NCBI GenBank assembly: GCA_030587475.2 | Contig: JAUQYZ020000141.1 | Coordinates: 1 to 10,856 of the forward strand | Length of the DNA: 10,856 nucleotides | Direction: 5' to 3' | Source: Candidatus Sigynarchaeum calidifontis | Lineage (GTDB): Archaea; Asgardarchaeota; Lokiarchaeia; Sigyniarchaeales; Sigyniarchaeaceae | Part shown: positions 1-6,910 of the stretch, in pieces | Layout of the letters: every line of letters starts with the position of its first letter | How positions within the stretch are numbered: position 1 is the stretch's first letter | Notes under the pieces: generated by a model | What the model saw: only the letters and a program-made list of their open reading frames with translations | Databases searched by the model: none | What the model was told of the DNA's origin: nothing | Program-made: the position numbers and the translations under genes

Positions 1-19
1 TAAATCACCGCCATTTTAG

Positions 20-74
20 TTTATATTTGGTTTTTATCGAACACATTTTATATACAACAAATAACATTAAATAA
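20..74. promoter_or_regulatory. AT-rich non-coding stretch with TATA-like boxes upstream of the Nfu-like gene
   Basis: TTTATAT (20-26), TTTTATATA (46-54) and TTAAATAA (67-74) lie in a very AT-rich region. The box used and its orientation cannot be determined. Confidence 0.4.
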
Positions 75-134
75 ACGTGCCCACTTATCTTATCTTTAAT
101 TCATTCACCCAAGACAAAAGAAGAAAGAACGACC

Positions 135-374
135 ATGGCCATATCAATGGATGCCCAGATTGACAAGGCACTCGACCAAATTCGTCAATATCTCCGCGTG
201 GATGGTGGAGACATTCAATTCGTGAGTTACAAGGACGGAGAAGTTTCTGTTAGACTCAAGGGTCATTGTGCCGGCTGCGTGCATGCCCAAGCCACCTTGA
301 GAAACCTCGTGGAGCAAGGCCTCAAGGAAATGCTGGGCGAGGACAAGATCAAGAAAGTCGTCAACGTCGTATAA
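135..374 (+). CDS. NifU C-terminal / Nfu-type Fe-S cluster carrier protein (79 aa)
   Basis: IRQYLRVDGGDIQFV...VSVRLKGHCAGC...TLRNLVE matches the NifU-C signature (IRP.L..DGGD.E...V...GAC.GC....TL...IE) with an intact CxxC. Confidence 0.93.
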   Translation: MAISMDAQIDKALDQIRQYLRVDGGDIQFVSYKDGEVSVRLKGHCAGCVHAQATLRNLVEQGLKEMLGEDKIKKVVNVV

Positions 375-383
375 ATGCACGTG

Positions 384-400
384 TTTTTTCTCATTTTTTT
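384..400 (+). terminator. Oligo-T terminator-like tracts between convergent genes
   Basis: TTTTTTCTCATTTTTTT just downstream of the Nfu stop (374); archaeal termination commonly uses U-tracts. Confidence 0.55.
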
Positions 401-410
401 CGTGTTGGTT

Positions 411-791
411 TCATTTATCGATTGCGTCAGGTGGCACGGGAGGATTCACCGCAACCTGGAATTTACTTAGCATGACGATGCCGGCGACGGCCAAGGCAAT
501 GCCGATGCTATACGATACCCAGTTCTCGGCAGCTTGATGAAAAATCACGATGCCACCAAGGATCGTCACGATCATGGTGACGATCCTTGGATCGTCATAA
601 AAATGGCCTAAAAGCCATTTCTTGCTCGTGATCATGGCCTTGAAGGATTTCCAGAGATTGTTCGCCTTTATTTCGGCCATCTTGCTGAGTGCGGCCTTTT
701 GCAACACCGGAGCGTAGTTGAACATGATCGTCGATAGCAGGGACAAGCCAATCCCGCCAAGATAGAGATACCAGTCCGTTTGCAAAAGCAT
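411..791 (-). pseudogene. NIPA/DMT-like membrane transporter with an apparent large in-frame internal deletion (126 aa, about 3 TM helices left)
   Basis: N-part GIGLSLLSTIMFNYAPVLQK...KKWLLG resembles the first helix and WW/WL.G motif of NIPA/DMT proteins. C-part IVTILGGIVIFHQ...IGIALAVAGIVMLS resembles their last two helices. The parts are joined by HFYDDPR, encoded by scrambled repeat DNA. ATG 791 has GAGAGG upstream; alternative start GTG 806. The frame is still open. Confidence 0.6.
556..590. repeat. Perfect 14-bp inverted repeat with 7-nt spacer
   Basis: CCAAGGATCGTCAC (556-569) / GTGACGATCCTTGG (577-590). Confidence 0.95.
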
Positions 792-802
792 GCAATAGCC
801 TC

Positions 803-1630
803 TCACGTGTAAAATTGGTTGATGATGTTATCGAGGATCCGCTTGATCGCGGCGATGGCCACGTCCCCAGGGGCAATATCGAGCAACGGAAATCCTTTCA
901 TATCTGCCTCGACCGCGGCGCGTGAATGTGGAATGGTGCCGATCACGTCGATACCCCTGGATTTTAATTGTTCCACGACCGCATGACCTTCCTTCTCATC
1001 GCCAACCTTGTTCACGATTGCACGAATGTGCTTGATATGAAGCTGGTTCGCCATTGATGCTAGTTTTTCCCCAACCTGGATTGATTTCTGGCCGGGTTCG
1101 ACCACGACGAGCAGCAGATCGAGCCCCCTAGCCGTCGCTCGGCCCATGGACGACTCGATGCCAGCCTCGAAATCGAGAATTACGAGCTCATCTCGCTGGA
1201 CGATTAAATGGTACAGCAGCTCACGCACCAATGCATTGCTCGAGCACAAGCAGCCGCTCCCGGGGTCCTTGATGGTGCCGAGCACCAGCAACCGCACGCC
1301 GTCAGGGCCTGCCACGGCGAATTTATCGGGTATATCGCTTACCTTCGGGTTCAGCTTGAAAGGACCGCCGCCCTCGCCAGGTGCCACGCCCGTTCGTTCC
1401 TTGATCAAGTCCTTCATCTCGCTAATCGGGCATCCTATCTTGTCTGTGGGAATGCCCAGGGCCATCCCAAGGTTCAATGACGGATCATTATCGATCGCCA
1501 GCACCCGGCTGAACGTCGTTGAACGCGCCGCGAGCCGCGCAAGTGTCGAGGCCAATAACGTCTTCCCCACGCCCCCTTTTCCGGCGATACCTATTTTCAA
1601 CCCTTTTTTCGGGCCGTTCGCACCATTCAT
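803..1630 (-). CDS. cooC: CooC/AcsF-type nickel-insertion ATPase (MinD/SIMIBI family), 275 aa
   Basis: KIGIAGKGGVGKT deviant Walker A, AIDNDPSLNL, FKLNPKVSDIP, GSGCLC metal-binding CxC, DFEAGIE, VNKV. Homology starts at ATG 1630 (MNGANGPKK), with AGGA upstream. The 81 extra codons in the ORF track are probably not coding. Confidence 0.88.
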   Translation of the reverse strand: MNGANGPKKGLKIGIAGKGGVGKTLLASTLARLAARSTTFSRVLAIDNDPSLNLGMALGIPTDKIGCPISEMKDLIKERTGVAPGEGGGPFKLNPKVSDIPDKFAVAGPDGVRLLVLGTIKDPGSGCLCSSNALVRELLYHLIVQRDELVILDFEAGIESSMGRATARGLDLLLVVVEPGQKSIQVGEKLASMANQLHIKHIRAIVNKVGDEKEGHAVVEQLKSRGIDVIGTIPHSRAAVEADMKGFPLLDIAPGDVAIAAIKRILDNIINQFYT

Positions 1631-1733
1631 CCGTGATCCTACTCGCTGCACTGGCGTCAAGGAACCGCAATCATTTATTCTCCCCCATTCCGTGAAATGC
1701 ATGTGCGACCGGTCATCGCATAGCTGACCGAAC

Positions 1734-1799
1734 ATGACGCCACGGACGACGTTTTTTGTTTCGATCGTGCCATTCATCTTTAATGGCCCCGGGAACTGA
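1734..1799 (+). CDS. Putative Phe-rich leader peptide MTPRTTFFVSIVPFIFNGPGN* upstream of pheS
   Basis: ATG 1734 to TGA 1797-1799; Phe codons TTT 1752, TTT 1755, TTC 1773, TTT 1779. No clear SD. Support is contextual only (position before pheST, overlap with hairpins). Confidence 0.35.
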   Translation: MTPRTTFFVSIVPFIFNGPGN

Positions 1800-1896
1800 A
1801 CGCTCGAGTGGATAGTTTCCCGGGGGGCTCGGTCGGGGATGTTTCCCCACGCTAGTAATGGATTGAGAAACATCCTCGCTTGTTTTCGTTCTTTTT
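1787..1896 (+). promoter_or_regulatory. Alternative-hairpin cluster ending in a hairpin plus T-tract (attenuator/terminator-like)
   Basis: Stem A: 1787-1797/1814-1825 (11 WC pairs, one bulge). Stem C: 1834-1845/1867-1878 (12 bp, one G.U), followed by TTGTTTTCGTTCTTTTT (1880-1896). Competing stem B: 1817-1823/1833-1839. The pairings are seen directly; the function is inferred. Confidence 0.45.
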
Positions 1897-1938
1897 GATG
1901 AATTTTTCTGGGTAGCTGGTTTTAGGTGGATAATATGG

Positions 1939-1952
1939 GCGGAATGTTCCGC
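1939..1952. promoter_or_regulatory. Palindrome GCGGAA-TG-TTCCGC, operator-like
   Basis: Perfect 6+2+6 dyad next to AT-rich CTTAAGAATAAA, about 50 bp upstream of pheS. Confidence 0.35.
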
Positions 1953-2004
1953 AATCCTTAAGAATAAAGGAGTTTGATGAATCACGATAAAGGGATTGAT
2001 CATC

Positions 2005-3558
2005 ATGGTCTCACTCAAACCGCTGACCACGTCGGTCTTGAAGGCACTCAAGTCTGCAAGTGGCATAGATGCAGCAGCATTGGCCAAGCAACTTGGACAA
2101 GACTATGCCGTGGTCATGGGTGCCATAAATGAGCTCGCGGAACATGATCTTGGCTATTTCAAGGAGGAAGAAGCGATCGAGATCGCATTGACAGCCGAGG
2201 GGGCGGATTACGGGAAGAATCATCTCCCTGAAACGCGTCTCTTCAAGCTCATTTGTGACTTAAAAGTCAAGCAGATCGAACTAAACGCCTTGAAGGAAAA
2301 GGCAAAAACCGAACTAGGCATGGACGAGAAACTATTCTTTCTCTCTGTGGGTCATCTCAAACAAGCACGGTGGATAAGTCAGGCAAAAATACGCGATTCC
2401 GTGCAAGTCATCGTGCTCAAGCAAGAATACGAGGCAAAACCAGAGGAGCAGCTCCTAGCGCTCCTCGTCGCCAAGGGCGGGTCGTCTGACCTTCGCGAGA
2501 TCCCCGAGGAGATGAAGCCCATGGTCGATGGCTTTAAAAAACGAACCCTCGTCATCGAAAAAAAGTACACGAAGCGCGCTCTGTACTTGACCGACAAGGG
2601 CAAGAAGCTCGACCTGTCCAAAGTGAGCGTGCTAGACGAGGTCACGCATCTCACCACGGAAATGATCACGACCGGATCGTGGAAGGGAATCAAGCTCAAG
2701 GCATATGACGTGTCGAAGCCGGGTGCACATCTCAACGCTGGAAAGATCCACCCGCTAATCGAGATAATCAACAAGGTGCGGGAGATTTTCTTTTCCATGG
2801 GTTTTATCGAGATACGGGGCCCCATCATCGAATCTGCATTCTTCAACTTCGATGCATTATACCAGCCACAAGATCACCCCGCACGCGAGATGCACGACAC
2901 CTTTTACTTGTCAAATCCAGCAAGGGCCAGGCTCCCGGATGAGAAATACGTGAAAGCGGTCGCTGAGGTGCATGAGAACGGGGGCAACACGGGGTCTACA
3001 GGCTGGGGTTACAAGTGGAACCGCGACGTCGCCACGCAGACCATCATGCGCACGCACACGACGGCCACGACCGTGCGACAGCTCGGCAAAGCCATCGAAG
3101 AGGGCGTTAAACTCCCGCTGAAGGTATTTTCCATCGACCGCGTCTACCGGAACGAGAAAGTGGATTTTAAACATCTCGCCGAGTTCATGCAAGTCGAGGG
3201 TATCGTCATCGGCGAGCGGCTGTCGCTTGCTGACTTGCGCGGCTTGCTCGTCGAGTTCTACACGAAGATGGGGTTCGAGAAGGTCATCACGCGGCCTGGT
3301 TTCTTCCCGTACACCGAGCCAAGCCTCGAGGTCAGCGTGTTCTCGAAGGAGCTCGGCAAATGGATGGAGATCGGCGGTTCAGGCATTTTCCGGCCAGAAG
3401 TTTGCACGCCGTGGGGCATCAAGGAACCCGTGCGCGTGCTCGCGTGGGGACAAGGCCTCGAGCGCATCGCGATGCTGCGCTTGAAACGTAGCGACATCCG
3501 TGACTTGTACAAGAACCCGCTATCGTGGCTACGAAAAGCCCCATACCCGAGGTTGTGA
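2005..3558 (+). CDS. pheS: Phenylalanine--tRNA ligase alpha subunit, archaeal/eukaryal type with long N-terminal extension (517 aa)
   Basis: NFDALYQPQDHPAREMHDTF, RTHTT, motif 2 FSIDRVYRNE...HLAEFMQVEG, FFPYTEPS, GIFRPE, motif 3 AWGQGLERIAM. ATG 2005 has AGGGA at 1991-1995. Confidence 0.97.
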   Translation: MVSLKPLTTSVLKALKSASGIDAAALAKQLGQDYAVVMGAINELAEHDLGYFKEEEAIEIALTAEGADYGKNHLPETRLFKLICDLKVKQIELNALKEKAKTELGMDEKLFFLSVGHLKQARWISQAKIRDSVQVIVLKQEYEAKPEEQLLALLVAKGGSSDLREIPEEMKPMVDGFKKRTLVIEKKYTKRALYLTDKGKKLDLSKVSVLDEVTHLTTEMITTGSWKGIKLKAYDVSKPGAHLNAGKIHPLIEIINKVREIFFSMGFIEIRGPIIESAFFNFDALYQPQDHPAREMHDTFYLSNPARARLPDEKYVKAVAEVHENGGNTGSTGWGYKWNRDVATQTIMRTHTTATTVRQLGKAIEEGVKLPLKVFSIDRVYRNEKVDFKHLAEFMQVEGIVIGERLSLADLRGLLVEFYTKMGFEKVITRPGFFPYTEPSLEVSVFSKELGKWMEIGGSGIFRPEVCTPWGIKEPVRVLAWGQGLERIAMLRLKRSDIRDLYKNPLSWLRKAPYPRL

Positions 3559-3581
3559 ATGAAAGACAAGAGGAGAACAAC

Positions 3582-5246
3582 ATGCCAACCATCGAATTCA
3601 CGCTGCAGCGCATCCAGAAATTACTGGGCAAACAAGTCACGATCAAGGATCTCGAAATGGATCTCCAGTGGATCGGCTTGGACATGGACGAGATCAACGA
3701 GGAAGATGGTAAGATCAAGGTCGAATACAATCCAAACAGGCCGGATTTCAGCTCGCCGGAAGGCATTGCCCGGGCGTTGAAAGGATATTACGAGATCGAT
3801 ACGGGACTTCCCACTTTTTCGGCAAAGGGTGGCGACTACAAGGTCAATGTCGACCCCCTAGTAAACCAGGTACGCCCCTTCATCGCGACGGCCATCGTGC
3901 GCGGCATCAGTCTCGATAGCGATCAGGTTGCAACCCTCATGAACACGCAAGAGGATCTCCACTGGGCCATCGGCCGCAATCGCAAGAAAGTTGCTATTGG
4001 CGTGCACGACCTCGACAAGATAGAGCCACCATTCACGTACACGGCAGTCAAGCCAGATGCGATCAAGTTCGAACCGCTCCAGATGCCCGGCTACCAGCTC
4101 ACGCCCGCGCAGATCCTCGAACAGCATCCCAAGGGCAGGGAATTCGCGTACATCCTCAAGGATACAGGGATCTACCCGATGATCTTCGACAAGAACAACA
4201 ACGTGATATCTTTCCCGCCCATCATCAACGGCACGCTCACGATGGTCACCGACGACACGAAAAATCTTTTCATCGACATGACGGGCACCGACCTAAAAGC
4301 AGTGAACTTCGCCCTCAATGTCTTTTGCACGATGCTCGCGGACATGGGCTGCAAGATCGAGAAAGTGACCAACATGTATCCCGATGGCCCTCGTGTCACG
4401 CCAAATTTCGCTCCTGCAGAATGGACCGTGGACGAGGAGTATATTAACAGCTATCTCGGCTTGAAATTGCCCGAAGCAGACATAATCAAGGCATTGCGCA
4501 AGGTTCGGCTCGATGCCAAGCCGGGCAAGAGGAAGGGATCGCTTGACGTGCTCGTGCCCTGCTATCGAGGCGACCTCATGCACCCGGTCGACTTGACCGA
4601 GGAGGTCGCGATCGGCTTCGGGTACTCGAACTTGCCCACGACGATCCCCCAAGGCGGCATCGGGAAGTACCATCCAAAGCTCCAAGCGCAAGCCCTTGTC
4701 CGCAAGGTGATGATCGGCCTCGGTTTCCAGGAAGTCGTGAACTTCATCCTCACCAACAAGGAGAAGAGTTTCACAGCGACTCGGCGCAAATGGAAAGACG
4801 GCGTCGTGTTAAAGAACCCCGTGTCGAAGGAATACGACACGACCCGTCAAGACTTGCTATCAGGCCTTCTCCAGAACTTGCAAGATAACAAGCACGAGAG
4901 CATCCCGATAAAGATATTCGAGGTTGGAGACGTCATTATCCTCGATAAAAACGAGGAAACAGGTGCCCGCCGGGATGTACATGTTGCGTGCGTGATTTAT
5001 GACAAGGATGCAGGATACACCGATGCACGTTCCGCCGTCGACGCGTTCATGGAGATGCACGACATCGAATCCTTCGATGTGATCGCTGCAACAAATCCAT
5101 TTGGAATCGAGGGCCGTACCGCGGACATCATGATCGACAAGAAACGCGTCGGTTCCTTGGGCGAAATTCACCCGGAAATCCTTTCAAACTTTGATCTTGA
5201 ATTCCCCGTCGCATTCTTCGAGATGAACCTGGAGCCGTTAATCTAG
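3582..5246 (+). CDS. pheT: Phenylalanine--tRNA ligase beta subunit, archaeal type (554 aa)
   Basis: MPTI start, PNRPD..S.EGIARAL, QEDLH..IGRNRKKVAIGVHD, SFPPIING, YRGDLMHPVDLTEEVAIGFGY, NPVS, IFEVGDV, GEIHPEIL. SD GAGGAG at 3570-3575 supports ATG 3582. Confidence 0.97.
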   Translation: MPTIEFTLQRIQKLLGKQVTIKDLEMDLQWIGLDMDEINEEDGKIKVEYNPNRPDFSSPEGIARALKGYYEIDTGLPTFSAKGGDYKVNVDPLVNQVRPFIATAIVRGISLDSDQVATLMNTQEDLHWAIGRNRKKVAIGVHDLDKIEPPFTYTAVKPDAIKFEPLQMPGYQLTPAQILEQHPKGREFAYILKDTGIYPMIFDKNNNVISFPPIINGTLTMVTDDTKNLFIDMTGTDLKAVNFALNVFCTMLADMGCKIEKVTNMYPDGPRVTPNFAPAEWTVDEEYINSYLGLKLPEADIIKALRKVRLDAKPGKRKGSLDVLVPCYRGDLMHPVDLTEEVAIGFGYSNLPTTIPQGGIGKYHPKLQAQALVRKVMIGLGFQEVVNFILTNKEKSFTATRRKWKDGVVLKNPVSKEYDTTRQDLLSGLLQNLQDNKHESIPIKIFEVGDVIILDKNEETGARRDVHVACVIYDKDAGYTDARSAVDAFMEMHDIESFDVIAATNPFGIEGRTADIMIDKKRVGSLGEIHPEILSNFDLEFPVAFFEMNLEPLI

Positions 5247-5262
5247 CGTTTCTAATCGGGCA

Positions 5263-5277
5263 TCTTTCCTTCTTTTT
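5263..5277 (+). terminator. Pyrimidine/T-rich terminator-like tract between convergent pheT and nadB
   Basis: TCTTTCCTTCTTTTT in the 30-bp convergent gap. Confidence 0.4.
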
Positions 5278-6860
5278 CAATCGACGTACCGCTTGACGAT
5301 GGTATCGGTGGGAACGCCAGGTAACTTGTCGGGAAAGTCGATCATGTAGTGAGTTCCCCTCGATTCACGCCGTGACATGGCAGACGTGGTGATCAAGTCT
5401 GCGACCGTGGCAAGATGTCTCAATTCGATGAGGTCGGACGTGAGGAGATAGTCCCAATAGTAATCCTTGATCTCATCGAGGATCAAGTCGAGACGACGCT
5501 TTGCTCGCTGGAGGCTCCGCATGCTACGCACGATGCCCACGTAGTTCCACATGATCGTCCGTATCTCGTCCCAGTCGTTTTTGACGACGATTGCCTCGCT
5601 GCTCTCGATGGCCTTGCCAATTTCCCATTCCCGGACATGATGAAACGGAGGGGGATTGTTTGACAAGCGCTCCTTCAGGTACTTGGCCGTGTAATCAGCC
5701 ATTACAATACATTCGAGAAGGGAGTTGCTCGCCAGCCGGTTAGCACCGTGCAAGCCAGTGCAAGAAGCCTCGCCGATAGCATGCAAGCCAGGGATGTTTG
5801 TCGTCCCGTCGATGTTCGCCAGGATCCCTCCGCACGTGAAATGCGCCGCTGGCACCACGGGGATCGGCTCCTTGGTCATGTCGAAGCCGAATGAAAGGCA
5901 TTTTTTATAGATGGTCGGGAATCGTTCTTGGATAAAGCTCGCGGGCTTGAAGGAAATATCGAGATACACGTTGTCGATGCCATATCGTTTCATTTCTTCG
6001 TCGATGGCACGAGACACGACATCTCGCGGGGCGAGCTCTGCCAACTCGTGATATTTTAGCATGAAGCGCTCGCCCAAGTGGTTTTTAAGAATGGCACCCT
6101 CGCCACGGAGTGCCTCGGAGATGAGAAATGATTTTGCTTGTGGATGATACAAGCACGTGGGATGGAATTGGAAGAATTCCATGTTCGCGATTGCAGCACC
6201 AGCCCGGTATGCCATGGCTATGCCATCGCCTGTCGCTATGTCGGGGTTGCTCGTGTAGAGGTACACCTTGCCAGCCCCGCCGGTCGAGATTATCGTGAAG
6301 CGGGCGTCGATGCTAAAAACATTGCCGGAAGCCTTGTCTAAGGCATGAATGCCGATGCAACGCCCATTCTCTTTTATCAAGTTGACGGCGATCGTGTTCT
6401 CGCGAATTTGTACATCGGGACAATCCTTTTCGATGTAATGCAATAGCGTGTCTTGAACGACGTTTCCCGTGACGTCACCGGCATGGATCACGCGGCGCTC
6501 GGAATGACCCCCCTCGCGACCAAGATCATAATCTCCTTTCTCGTTCTTCGTGAAGGGAACGCCAATGTCGATGAGTTCCTGGATGAGCCGGGGCGCGCTC
6601 TCGACGACCTTGCGCACGACGGGTTCCTTGCAGAGGCCATCTCCCGCATTAAGAGTGTCTTTGATATGTTTCTCGACCGAATCTTGCCCGGACATCACCA
6701 CTGCAATGCCACCTTGCGCGTTGGACGAGTTCGAGTCCGTCTTGTTCTTTTTCGTAATGACGAGTACCGAACCCGATCCGGAAAGTTTCGATGCGAGGAA
6801 TAAACCAGAGAGCCCAGATCCGACGATGAGAAAATCGACACGTGTTCGCGTATCAGCCAT
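5277..6860 (-). CDS. nadB: L-aspartate oxidase (527 aa)
   Basis: FAD motif IVGSGLSG, S..AQGGIA, REGGHS.RR..H..D.TG, EFFQFHPT, LISEALRGEG, ELAPRDVVSRAI, PAAHFTCGG, TGLHGANRLASNSLLE, RRESRG.H. AQGG rather than the SdhA covalent-His motif. SD AGGTG upstream. Confidence 0.95.
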   Translation of the reverse strand: MADTRTRVDFLIVGSGLSGLFLASKLSGSGSVLVITKKNKTDSNSSNAQGGIAVVMSGQDSVEKHIKDTLNAGDGLCKEPVVRKVVESAPRLIQELIDIGVPFTKNEKGDYDLGREGGHSERRVIHAGDVTGNVVQDTLLHYIEKDCPDVQIRENTIAVNLIKENGRCIGIHALDKASGNVFSIDARFTIISTGGAGKVYLYTSNPDIATGDGIAMAYRAGAAIANMEFFQFHPTCLYHPQAKSFLISEALRGEGAILKNHLGERFMLKYHELAELAPRDVVSRAIDEEMKRYGIDNVYLDISFKPASFIQERFPTIYKKCLSFGFDMTKEPIPVVPAAHFTCGGILANIDGTTNIPGLHAIGEASCTGLHGANRLASNSLLECIVMADYTAKYLKERLSNNPPPFHHVREWEIGKAIESSEAIVVKNDWDEIRTIMWNYVGIVRSMRSLQRAKRRLDLILDEIKDYYWDYLLTSDLIELRHLATVADLITTSAMSRRESRGTHYMIDFPDKLPGVPTDTIVKRYVD

Positions 6861-6910
6861 AAATTACACCTGCGTGGGAATCGGGGTAAAAAATGATGGG
6901 AGCAAGAGCT

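Noticed and set aside
1787-1825. Archaeal SECIS-like GAA/A internal loop with a 3-bp apical stem
   Set aside because: No gene in the window has an in-frame UGA at a Cys position, and the eukaryote-like AUGA/GA core is absent.
1750-1850. RNase P-like words on the minus strand (GGGGAAAC, AGATGAATG, ACAAAA)
   Set aside because: The span is only about 100 nt and the P4 pseudoknot strands are not complementary.
1631-1873. 81-codon N-terminal extension of the CooC ORF
   Set aside because: No family resemblance before MNGANGPKK/KIGIAGKGG, and ATG 1630 has an SD-like AGGA; probably a chance open frame over the structured spacer.
1700-1935. T-box, cobalamin or NiCo riboswitch, 5S rRNA, SRP RNA or tRNA
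   Set aside because: No UGGNACC T-box, B12 box, CCGAAC/GTTAAG 5S motifs, SRP helix-8 motif or cloverleaf; only short partial word matches.
3525-3581. Upstream start for pheT overlapping pheS
   Set aside because: The conserved MPTI start and GAGGAG SD support 3582.
3559-3780. In-frame ATG directly after the pheS TGA (read-through or Sec extension)
   Set aside because: PheS is complete at its usual C-terminus; the downstream frame is an off-frame shadow of pheT with no recognisable domain.
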